DNA from: an uncultured Nitrospinaceae bacterium
GTDB lineage: Bacteria > UBA8248
DNA: 64,000 bases
Direction: 5' to 3'
Assembly (NCBI GenBank): GCA_964005815.1
Contig: CAXFSR010000013.1
Coordinates: forward strand, 1 to 64,000
In this document: positions 9,019 through 17,360 of the stretch, piece after piece
Position numbering within the stretch: the first letter of the stretch is position 1
Layout of the letters: each line of letters opens with the position of its first letter
Notes under the pieces: model-generated
Databases searched by the model: none
Told to the model about the DNA's origin: nothing
Seen by the model: only the letters and a program-made list of their open reading frames with translations
Translations under genes and position numbers: made by a program

Positions 9019-10712
9019 AAAAAGAGCCTCTTTCAAATATGATATCTTTGAAAAACTTCTCATTCACATATCCTGATGCTAAAAATGAGTCTATAAAAAA
9101 TATAAATCTTGAAATTCAACGAGGTGAAACTATCCTCATTACTGGTTCAACTGGATGTGGAAAATCAACTCTTTTGAAATCTATTTGTGGTTTCACTCCA
9201 AGAGAAACGGGAGGTTCGTCAGAAGGAGAGATATCTATCTTAGAAAAGAAAATTTCAAAATATTCTTTTGAAAAGATCTCACAAACAATAGGATTTCTCT
9301 TTCAAGACTGTGAAAATCAATTAATTTGCTCAAATGTAAGGGAAGAATTAGCCTTCGGTCCTCGAAATTTAAGATTAAAAAAAAATGAAATATTAAATAG
9401 AATCGATTTTGCGCTGGAAATTACAAAATCAAAAAAATTGGAATTTAAGAACTGCAGCAGTCTTTCTGGAGGAGAAAAACAAAAGATCGCCTTGGCAAGT
9501 ATACTTTCAATGAAACCAGAAATTTTATTGCTTGATGAGCCAACATCACAATTAGATTACGAAGGAGTAAAGAATTTCATTAAGTCTATTACTGAAATTA
9601 AAACTACGTATAATCCAACTACCATTTTTGCAGAACATAGAAACAATAGAATTATGCCTATCACAAATCGGCTAATTATCATGGATAAAGGTTCAATTGT
9701 AGGTGATTACAGAAAGAAAGAGTTTTCTGACGCTTATGAGATTTTGAATCAACTTAGACTAGAGATCCCTGCCTGGATAGAAATTACAAAGAAGATAAAT
9801 CTCCATAACATTAGAAATGAAGAAGATTTCTTACAACAATCTAAACATCTTAAAAATAAACAAGACCTTGCTCAACAAAAAACAGAACGAAAAAATCAAA
9901 AAAGAAAAAAAATACTATCTGTAAAAAATATATGTTACTCCTACGAAAAAAATAAACCTGATATTTTTTCAGATATTTCTTTTGACCTTTTCGAAGGTGA
10001 AATTCTTGCAATCATGGGATCAAATGGAACTGGAAAAACAACTTTACTTAATCTTCTATCAGGTATTATTCAGCCCAAAAAAGGAGAAATCATTTGGTTT
10101 GAAGAAAAGAAGTCCAGTCTACTCTCTCTTGTGGGAAAAATTGGATACTTATTCCAGAATCCTGATCTAATGTTAAGTTTAGACACTGTTAAAAAAGAAA
10201 TTGAATTTGGTCCTAAAAACTTAAAATTTAAAAAATCTAAAACCAATGAATTGGTTCAAGAAAGTTTAGATTTTTTTAAACTTTCTACCCTCCAATATAA
10301 AAATCCTTTTTCTATCAGCAGAGGTGAAAGACTTCGACTTGCAATTGCATCTCTTTATTCTTGTGAAAATCAAGTTTTGATACTCGACGAACCTACAGGA
10401 GGAATGAATAGAGGAATAAGAACGATAATTATGGATCAACTAAAAAAATGGGTACAAAAGAAAAACAACAACAGTTCAATCATTCTATGTACTCATGACA
10501 CAGAATCTGCGCTTAAATACGCAGATAAAACAATGATTTTAGAAAATGGCCGGATTGTTATGCAAGGGAATTCAGATACCGTTATTTCTAGAGCATATTT
10601 AGATAAAAGATATATAGAACCACCCCCTCATGCTTATGTGAGCAAAAGTTCAGGATATGAAACAATTCCAAGATCTTTAGAAATATTTATCAGAGGACTA
10701 CAAAAAAGTTGA
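9015..10712 (+). CDS. ECF transporter ATPase with two fused ABC domains (EcfA-A')
   Basis: Two Walker A motifs (GSTGCGKS, GSNGTGKT), FQD.ENQ and FQNPD Q-loops, EELAFGPRNL, LSGGE and ISRGE signatures, two LDEPT. Confidence 0.92.
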   Translation: MKKEPLSNMISLKNFSFTYPDAKNESIKNINLEIQRGETILITGSTGCGKSTLLKSICGFTPRETGGSSEGEISILEKKISKYSFEKISQTIGFLFQDCENQLICSNVREELAFGPRNLRLKKNEILNRIDFALEITKSKKLEFKNCSSLSGGEKQKIALASILSMKPEILLLDEPTSQLDYEGVKNFIKSITEIKTTYNPTTIFAEHRNNRIMPITNRLIIMDKGSIVGDYRKKEFSDAYEILNQLRLEIPAWIEITKKINLHNIRNEEDFLQQSKHLKNKQDLAQQKTERKNQKRKKILSVKNICYSYEKNKPDIFSDISFDLFEGEILAIMGSNGTGKTTLLNLLSGIIQPKKGEIIWFEEKKSSLLSLVGKIGYLFQNPDLMLSLDTVKKEIEFGPKNLKFKKSKTNELVQESLDFFKLSTLQYKNPFSISRGERLRLAIASLYSCENQVLILDEPTGGMNRGIRTIIMDQLKKWVQKKNNNSSIILCTHDTESALKYADKTMILENGRIVMQGNSDTVISRAYLDKRYIEPPPHAYVSKSSGYETIPRSLEIFIRGLQKS

Positions 10713-11572
10713 AAAAAACGCGTAAAGAATATTTCAAAAATCCAAAATTTGAAATAATTTTACTACTAATTATTTCAATTCTCTCTATTACTCTAGACAG
10801 TCTTATTTCTCTAGCAATACTTTCTTTGAGTAGTTTTTTATGGTTCTTATTTTCAAATCCGACAAGGAAACAGATATTTTTCTTTTCAATTTTAGTAATA
10901 AGTTCTGTTTGGGGTATAATTTTTTCTCAGTCATTATTTTATCCGTCTACAAAAAAAACAATTTTATTTATTCTCCTTTCAAAAGAAACTCCAATACTTG
11001 GAAACTTTACCGGAGGTGTAATTTTTTACTTAGAGGGACTAATTTACGGCGCTTTTCAATCACTACGTTTTATTGCAACAATAAGTGCTGGATTCGCAGT
11101 TAGTTTATGCGTTGATCCAACTACATTAATAAGAGGACTCAACTCTTTTCGAATACCTACTCATCTTTCTTTCACTGTTGCCACAGTTTTTAGATTTATC
11201 CCTTTAACACTAGAAGAATTCATGACTGCTCTCAGAGCTCAAAGGATGAGAGGTCTCAGACCCTTCGGCAAATGTGGCTTAAATATATTCATGACGCTTT
11301 TGAAATTATCAAAACCTGTGGTAGCTGCCTCAATTAGAAGGTCAGAGACAATAACTTTTTCGATGCTTAGTCGAGCCTATAATCCAAATGTCAAACAAAC
11401 AAATATTGAACTTTTAAAAATGGAAAGAAGAGAAAAAAGATTGATTGTTTCCCTTTCTACAATTACTGGATTAATCATTTGCTCAAAAATATTATTAATT
11501 TTACATACAAACAAACTATTCTCTTTTTCTTCTTTCGAAATTTTTTATCGTATAATCTCCAAATATTTATAA
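10709..11572 (+). CDS. ecfT: ECF transporter transmembrane coupling component (EcfT/CbiQ family)
   Basis: FRFIP, AQRMRG and M.SRAY Arg motifs of T components; overlaps the ATPase stop. Confidence 0.9.
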   Translation: MKKTRKEYFKNPKFEIILLLIISILSITLDSLISLAILSLSSFLWFLFSNPTRKQIFFFSILVISSVWGIIFSQSLFYPSTKKTILFILLSKETPILGNFTGGVIFYLEGLIYGAFQSLRFIATISAGFAVSLCVDPTTLIRGLNSFRIPTHLSFTVATVFRFIPLTLEEFMTALRAQRMRGLRPFGKCGLNIFMTLLKLSKPVVAASIRRSETITFSMLSRAYNPNVKQTNIELLKMERREKRLIVSLSTITGLIICSKILLILHTNKLFSFSSFEIFYRIISKYL

Positions 11573-12465
11573 TGAGAAATCAAATGAATAAAACTCAAAC
11601 AAAAAATAGAGCAGCTAAGAATTTCATTTTTATTTGTCTTTCTGTTTTTGTTCATTTTTTGTTTTTTGTCTCATTCTCAAATCTCTCGATGAACTCCCAT
11701 AAAGGGATAAAGAACGTTTTAACCCTAAAAATCAATAGGATCGCTAATAAGAATTTATTGCCTAATCAAAAAAAAGAACTCCCTTCAAAGAAAATCCATA
11801 AAGATGTTAAAAAACCAAAATTTGTTAAAAAACCTTTTCAAAAAAAAATAACATCTAGAAAATCTAATATAAGGAAAAAACGAAATCTTAAAGTTAAAAA
11901 ACTCCGTCAAATGAACAAGATCAAAAAATCATCTATTCCTATCTCAAAGATGGAAAATCAAAAATTTAAAAAATTAGACCCAGCAAAAGTAGTCAAAAAA
12001 ATATTTTTGAGTCAAAAGACTGCAAATACGCCCAAGAAAAATGTAAAACAAACGGATAAAAAGAGAAATTTAAAGAAAATTGTCAAACAAATAAAAATAA
12101 AGAAGAAAGCAAAACAAAACAAAAAAGGAAGAGTTTTTAAAGCTAAAGAAAAAACAGGTGTTATTATTGTAAAGAAAAGAAGTGAATCATCTATAGAATC
12201 AATTAAAAGAGAAATTTCTCAGAAGATACAACAAAAACAGATATACCTATATCCTCCTATTGCAATCAGAAACGGAATACAAGGCGTTACAAAAGTTGTA
12301 TTTAAAATAATGCCGGATGGAAATCTTCAAGAGATCTCTATAAGAAAATCTTCAGGAAACATTTTTCTTGATAAAGCATCATTAGAAGCTATTTCTAGCG
12401 CTACACCTTTCCCTTACTTAAAAGATCCTCTGAAGATTTCAGTCAGATGGAGAATAGAGAATTAA
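11572..12465 (+). CDS. tonB: Energy transducer TonB
   Basis: N-terminal TM helix with SxxxH (SVFVH); C-terminal YPPIA...GIQG...SSG...LD.A TonB_C domain. Start placed at the TAATG overlap with the ecfT stop (ATG 11572). Confidence 0.85.
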   Translation: MRNQMNKTQTKNRAAKNFIFICLSVFVHFLFFVSFSNLSMNSHKGIKNVLTLKINRIANKNLLPNQKKELPSKKIHKDVKKPKFVKKPFQKKITSRKSNIRKKRNLKVKKLRQMNKIKKSSIPISKMENQKFKKLDPAKVVKKIFLSQKTANTPKKNVKQTDKKRNLKKIVKQIKIKKKAKQNKKGRVFKAKEKTGVIIVKKRSESSIESIKREISQKIQQKQIYLYPPIAIRNGIQGVTKVVFKIMPDGNLQEISIRKSSGNIFLDKASLEAISSATPFPYLKDPLKISVRWRIEN

Positions 12466-12473
12466 AAAATCAA

Positions 12474-12851
12474 TCAATTTGCTCTATTATGTATTTGACT
12501 TAGTTTTTTCCCTCTACCGGCAGAATATACCATACAACCTTTTGGATAATGGTATGGACCGTGAGGTACATCACCACCGCCATAAACATAATCACCAGGT
12601 TTAAGAATTTTTCCATCAACATGCATTTCACCCTCTAAAACAAGAGTAGAATGAAAATAATCATGAGTATGTCTAGGTTCAACGTAGCCAGCAGGAAATT
12701 TAACGAATTTATCAACACGCTCTGAAACTTCGTCCTCTGCCTCTGCAATAATTTTAACTTTAAGTCCTTCTGGAAGTCCTAGTATTTCTTCTCCATCCTG
12801 CCATTCAATCTCATCGGTATTAATCGGCAAAAAAGGTATTGCTTTTTCCAT
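12474..12851 (-). CDS. Cupin domain protein (ChrR-like)
   Basis: PRHTH...H..VLEG and PGD...PHGP cupin motifs; ATG 12851 with GGAGG RBS. Confidence 0.8.
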   Translation of the reverse strand: MEKAIPFLPINTDEIEWQDGEEILGLPEGLKVKIIAEAEDEVSERVDKFVKFPAGYVEPRHTHDYFHSTLVLEGEMHVDGKILKPGDYVYGGGDVPHGPYHYPKGCMVYSAGRGKKLSQIHNRAN

Positions 12852-12874
12852 GTATTTTTCCTCCAATAAATTAA

Positions 12875-14008
12875 TTATGCATTTTCTAATAGTTCTAATT
12901 CTGCATCAAAAGATTTCTGTGCAAATTTTTCTAATAATGATTTATAAGCAGAAATCCGACAATCTTCTCTGACCTTATCATTAAAGATTAACTGCGCTAA
13001 AGCTCTATTAAGTGATTCGTAATCTCCTTGCTGAACCACTAATCCGTTTTCTCCATCAGTAATCACTTCGTCAGAAATTGAACCAAAACATGACAAAATT
13101 GGAATCCCATAAGTAACTGCTTTCAAGAGTCCTATTCCGACCAAATCAAAATTAGAGGGTTCAACATAAACCCAAGAATGTTTAAAAACTCTTTCGATAT
13201 TGTCGATATCATTAATCTCATTAAAAATAATATCTTTTTCAAGCTGCATTCCTTTTAAAGCAAAACGAAAAAAAATACTCTTCGGTTTATCACCCAAAAC
13301 TTGCAAAAAAATATCTTCAGTACCCGCAGCTGATTTTATATTTTTAAAAACTCGAAGAAATCCAATAAAATCTAAAACTGACAGTTCTGGATTTCCCAAA
13401 AAAAGTATATTTCTCGTAGACTTACTATCATCAGGTAAAAATTCATTCTTTTTTTCAACATAGGGGACTCTTAGCACCCTAACCTTTTCCTTGAAATCTT
13501 TATAATAATTAAATATGTTTTTCTCTGAAAATTTGCTAGTTACCCATATCCATTTCGATGCCTCAAAAATTTTTCTTTCATATTTGAGATTCCTTTTATA
13601 CATCAGATTTCCAACCTTTGAAGGGTAATAAGAACTTTCAATAAATGCTTTCCTATTATCTAAAATAGAATTAGAAACCCATATGGAAAAAGGTATAGAG
13701 GACTCATATAAAGGGACTGCACTTTCAAACCATCTACCAACAGCTATCCCATAATCAAAATCAGACAAAATGGTATGATTTTTTCTGGATTTATTAAAAA
13801 AAGATCTCTCAAAAAAATTCCAAGGCAAATAAATTATACGTTTTCCTTCACTGTCTTCCAGTTCTGTTACCTTAGAAACATTTTCTAAAGATATAAGAGT
13901 GGGATAAAAACCCTTATATTCAAGAGCTTCGTAAAGGATACTCGATAAGATTAATCCCTCTGGATCACTTTCTCGATTAATTACACAAATACAGATTTTT
14001 CTTGTAAT
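12875..14008 (-). CDS. Glycosyltransferase family 4-like protein; probable non-canonical (ATT) start
   Basis: C-terminal GT-B domain (VEPS...GIGLLKA..GIPIL...EVITDGENG). The frame stays open 65 codons upstream of TTG 13828 and encodes a GT4-like N-terminus (KICICVI...LYEAL...G..PTLIS). Confidence 0.65.
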   Translation of the reverse strand: MTRKICICVINRESDPEGLILSSILYEALEYKGFYPTLISLENVSKVTELEDSEGKRIIYLPWNFFERSFFNKSRKNHTILSDFDYGIAVGRWFESAVPLYESSIPFSIWVSNSILDNRKAFIESSYYPSKVGNLMYKRNLKYERKIFEASKWIWVTSKFSEKNIFNYYKDFKEKVRVLRVPYVEKKNEFLPDDSKSTRNILFLGNPELSVLDFIGFLRVFKNIKSAAGTEDIFLQVLGDKPKSIFFRFALKGMQLEKDIIFNEINDIDNIERVFKHSWVYVEPSNFDLVGIGLLKAVTYGIPILSCFGSISDEVITDGENGLVVQQGDYESLNRALAQLIFNDKVREDCRISAYKSLLEKFAQKSFDAELELLENA

Positions 14009-14061
14009 TTTTTTAGTCCAAGATTAGTAAGTAAAAACAATAAATCTATTTCTTGATAATT

Positions 14062-15381
14062 TTACCTGTCAAGTGCACTTAAAAGTAGTTTTTCTATATC
14101 TTCTTTATGAAAACCATACTCCAGAAGTGAATCTTTTGCTTGCTTTAAAACTAAATCCCAATCTTCTTCTATCTTAAAATTTTTAAGGATATCACTGTAT
14201 TCAAAAGACATTGCTTCACCTAATAATGAGGTAAAATTTATGATTTCAAAAGGATGATTCTTTTGTTCTCCGCAAAGCTCACGATGACAGCTATGATAAA
14301 CTGTCACTAACGAATCTATATTAGCCTCCCTAGCAGAATTGAAAAGTTGATGTCGCATGGCTTCCTTAGCTTCGGGAATCACAAGAGAAGGACACTGGTA
14401 TGAATGATCCCTTCTCTGTTTTATCTCAACAAGTTCTATCCCGGGGACTGAAGAAACAATTTTTTGGACATTTTTTTCTATTTCCTCGACTCCACTATGC
14501 AGATGAATACCTACTCTCTTTTTAACCGGCTTTACAAAAAGAGAGCTAAGTTGATGAAAATTATCAATCAAAAATTTAGTAATATGAACAAAAGGGATTT
14601 TGGAGTTTTCTCTTTCATGAAAAACAAATTTTCTTGAATTATTCAAAACTTCCAACTCTTCAAAATATAGATCTGAATATTCAGTGTACTGCATCTGACA
14701 GGTAGGACAAAAAGTAATTATTCTTTCAGGTTCGTATGCTAGGAAGTGTTCTAGAGAATTAACTCCCATTCTTACTCCTGTTTGCAAATCTCCTCTTCGC
14801 ATATGATTTATTCCACAACAATGAGAAACACCTCCGGCAATTTCATAATCGATACCAAGACGATCGAAAATTTCTATACAGGAAAATAAAATATGTGGAG
14901 TTTGTAAAATATTACATCCAAAGTAAAAAACGTTTTTTGACTTTTTTTTCTTATTTACTTTCACAGAAATTAATCTTTGATAGGAATCTGGTGGCATCTG
15001 AAAAGCAGATACAAATTTTATCGTATTACTTAACAATCTAAAATAACTTCGACTTTTTTTTTGTATCTTATCAAGATCCTCTGAATCCGACTGAAGTTTT
15101 AACTTTGCATATGTAAGCATTTCTCTTGGGTTTATATCTTCAGGACATGCATCTATACAGATTCCACTTTTTTCACAAGAATTTACCCAAACTTCTGAAT
15201 TTTGACTAAAATTTTCATCTTTCAAAATACCGATTACATCTTTTGTAATCAGTTCCGAATTCATCCCCTTAATAGATGTATAAGGAACTATTGGGCAAAC
15301 TTCGAAACATTTTCCACAATGAGTACAAGAGTCCGTAATTTTCTTAATTCTTTTACTTAAAAATTCACTATTAATAAGCAT
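14062..15381 (-). CDS. Fe-S oxidoreductase with ferredoxin motifs and CCG (HdrB/GlpC-like) domains
   Basis: CTHCGKCFEVCP, CEKSGICIDACP, YFGC, CCG, FCPTC, YHSCH; start uncertain (15381 or 15444). Confidence 0.82.
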   Translation of the reverse strand: MLINSEFLSKRIKKITDSCTHCGKCFEVCPIVPYTSIKGMNSELITKDVIGILKDENFSQNSEVWVNSCEKSGICIDACPEDINPREMLTYAKLKLQSDSEDLDKIQKKSRSYFRLLSNTIKFVSAFQMPPDSYQRLISVKVNKKKKSKNVFYFGCNILQTPHILFSCIEIFDRLGIDYEIAGGVSHCCGINHMRRGDLQTGVRMGVNSLEHFLAYEPERIITFCPTCQMQYTEYSDLYFEELEVLNNSRKFVFHERENSKIPFVHITKFLIDNFHQLSSLFVKPVKKRVGIHLHSGVEEIEKNVQKIVSSVPGIELVEIKQRRDHSYQCPSLVIPEAKEAMRHQLFNSAREANIDSLVTVYHSCHRELCGEQKNHPFEIINFTSLLGEAMSFEYSDILKNFKIEEDWDLVLKQAKDSLLEYGFHKEDIEKLLLSALDR

Positions 15382-15461
15382 AATTAATACATCAACCGTG
15401 ATGAATTGATAAAATGTACGAAAATTATCTCCATATATATACAAAAAAATATATAATAGTT

Positions 15462-15491
15462 TTGACTAAAAAAATAGCGTAGATATATGAT
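15462..15491 (+). promoter_or_regulatory. Putative sigma70 promoter of the dehydrogenase gene
   Basis: TTGACT-N18-TATGAT in the divergent intergenic region. Confidence 0.4.
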
Positions 15492-15524
15492 TGGATTTTA
15501 CATTTTTATGCGGGAGTTATTTAG

Positions 15525-16478
15525 ATGAATTTGATTGTAGTCCCTGACGATTTTCCGTCTGTTGTATCTGGAACGCAAATAGAAGAAAAATTAAATGAAA
15601 TTGCAGAAACTAAGATTTTTTGTTCAAAACCGGAAAATGATGAACAACTTATAGAAAGAGTTCAAGATGCTGATGCAATTATAAATATTCGAGCTTTTTG
15701 CAAATTCGACAAAACCTTTTTTCAAAAGGTTAACAACCTTAAAATTATTTCTATATGGGGTACAGGAACAGACCATGTAGATTTAAATGCTGCGAAACAA
15801 AAAAACGTAGTTATAACAAATACACCTGGTGTTGCTGCAATCTCCGTTGCAGAACATACAATTACTCTTATGTTATCTGCTGCACGTAGAATTAACGAAA
15901 ATGACAATGCGATACGCTCAGGAGATTGGCCTCGAGGGGAAATGATTCAATTAAATGGTAAAACAATAGGAATTATAGGATTAGGTGCAATTGGGAAACA
16001 AACAGCTATCCTTGCAAAAGGAATCGGAATGAACGTTATAGCATGGACTTTTAATCCTGATAGGGAGTTTACCGAAAAAATGGGGATTAAACTTGTTGAA
16101 TTAAATGAACTATATAAAAAATCAGACGTAATCTCATTACATATTAGACAATCACCCGAAACCTTAAACTTCATTAACAAAGAAACAATAGAAAAAATGA
16201 AAAAGACTGCCATAATCGTCAATACTGCAAGAGGACCTATCATAAATGAGAAAGACTTAGTAAAAGCGCTTAAAGATGGAAGAATTTCATCTGCAGGGTT
16301 AGATGTTTTTGAAAATGAACCACTATCAATTCCTAATGATTTTAGTGAGTTGAAAAATGTTGTTTTATCTCCACATAATGCGGGAATAACACCTGAGGTA
16401 ACAAAAGCAGGATTGGAATTAACCGTAAAAAATGTAGAACAATTCTTTAAAGGAGTGAAACAAAATTTAGTATGTTAA
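15525..16478 (+). CDS. D-isomer-specific 2-hydroxyacid dehydrogenase (SerA-like, no ACT domain)
   Basis: GTGTDHVD, SVAEH, GIIGLGAIG Rossmann motif, NTARG, LDVFENEP, SPHNAG. Confidence 0.92.
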   Translation: MNLIVVPDDFPSVVSGTQIEEKLNEIAETKIFCSKPENDEQLIERVQDADAIINIRAFCKFDKTFFQKVNNLKIISIWGTGTDHVDLNAAKQKNVVITNTPGVAAISVAEHTITLMLSAARRINENDNAIRSGDWPRGEMIQLNGKTIGIIGLGAIGKQTAILAKGIGMNVIAWTFNPDREFTEKMGIKLVELNELYKKSDVISLHIRQSPETLNFINKETIEKMKKTAIIVNTARGPIINEKDLVKALKDGRISSAGLDVFENEPLSIPNDFSELKNVVLSPHNAGITPEVTKAGLELTVKNVEQFFKGVKQNLVC

Positions 16479-16640
16479 AAACCTATTTGATTCAAAATGG
16501 TTATGAATCAAAAACATATTGCTTATTAATCTTTTTTCTATTAAAAATGTTTATTTATTATAGTTAGTTCGCGTGTAACGTTTGCTGCCCAAAATAAAAT
16601 CCTAAAAAAATTACCGCCTGAGGAATAAGGAGTTCGTAAA

Positions 16641-17306
16641 ATGAACAAAACGGGAGGAATGCTTCTCGCCGAAGGAATTGGAACTTTTGCTTTATGTTTT
16701 GTCGGTGCAGGAGCTATCATCGGTGGGAACGGATTACTTGCTGTTGCTTTAGCTCACGGTCTCATTCTATCTGTTATGATTTCTGCACTCGGTCCAATTT
16801 GTGGAGGACATTTTAATCCCGCAGTTACAATTGGATTCATGGTAACTGGGAAACAAGAGGCCAAAATAGGAATTTTGTATATTATTGCCCAACTCATAGG
16901 AGCAACATTAGCAGGCTATATTTTAACAATGATATTTAGTCCAGATGTTTGGATGAAAGCAAAGTTGGGGACCCCTACTGTTGCAACCGGTTTAAGCTTT
17001 GGGACTGCAATTTTAATCGAAATAATTCTGACTTTTTTCCTAGTAATATCGATATGGGGAACAGCCGTAGACAAAAGGAGACCCGATATTGGTGGTTTAG
17101 GCATAGGATTAACAGTTGCGGCTGATATTTTAATTGGAGGACCATTAACAGGTGCATCAATGAATCCAGCCAGAACATTTGGGCCTGCACTAGCTGGAGG
17201 TGGATTTGACGGCATGAACCACCTTGTATACTGGATTGGACCAATAATCGGAGGTGTTCTTGCTGCTGTAATTTACAAAAACGTTTTTATGGAGAATAAC
17301 GACTAG
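16641..17306 (+). CDS. MIP-family channel (aquaporin)
   Basis: Two NPA boxes (GGHFNPAVT, SMNPARTFGP), AEGIGT, YWIGP; AAGGAG RBS. Confidence 0.96.
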   Translation: MNKTGGMLLAEGIGTFALCFVGAGAIIGGNGLLAVALAHGLILSVMISALGPICGGHFNPAVTIGFMVTGKQEAKIGILYIIAQLIGATLAGYILTMIFSPDVWMKAKLGTPTVATGLSFGTAILIEIILTFFLVISIWGTAVDKRRPDIGGLGIGLTVAADILIGGPLTGASMNPARTFGPALAGGGFDGMNHLVYWIGPIIGGVLAAVIYKNVFMENND

Positions 17307-17318
17307 TTTGCTTATACT

Positions 17319-17356
17319 TACTACCCCTTTTCATTAAAATTGAATAAGGGGTAGTA
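17319..17356. terminator. Hairpin between the convergent aquaporin and dapA genes, probable bidirectional terminator
   Basis: TACTACCCCTT (17319-17329) / AAGGGGTAGTA (17346-17356) plus inner TTCA/TGAA pairing. Confidence 0.75.
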
Positions 17357-17360
17357 GAAA

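Noticed and set aside
11479..11571. N-terminal extension of TonB called by the ORF track
   Set aside because: It overlaps ecfT by about 90 bp; the TAATG-coupled ATG at 11572 is more plausible
12474..12851. Calling the cupin a DMSP lyase
   Set aside because: Only generic cupin motifs are visible; there is no specific evidence without a profile search
16486..16512. TTTGATTCA-N9-TGAATCAAA inverted repeat as an FNR box
   Set aside because: Spacing is far from TTGAT-N4-ATCAA; it is more likely a weak hairpin after the dehydrogenase stop
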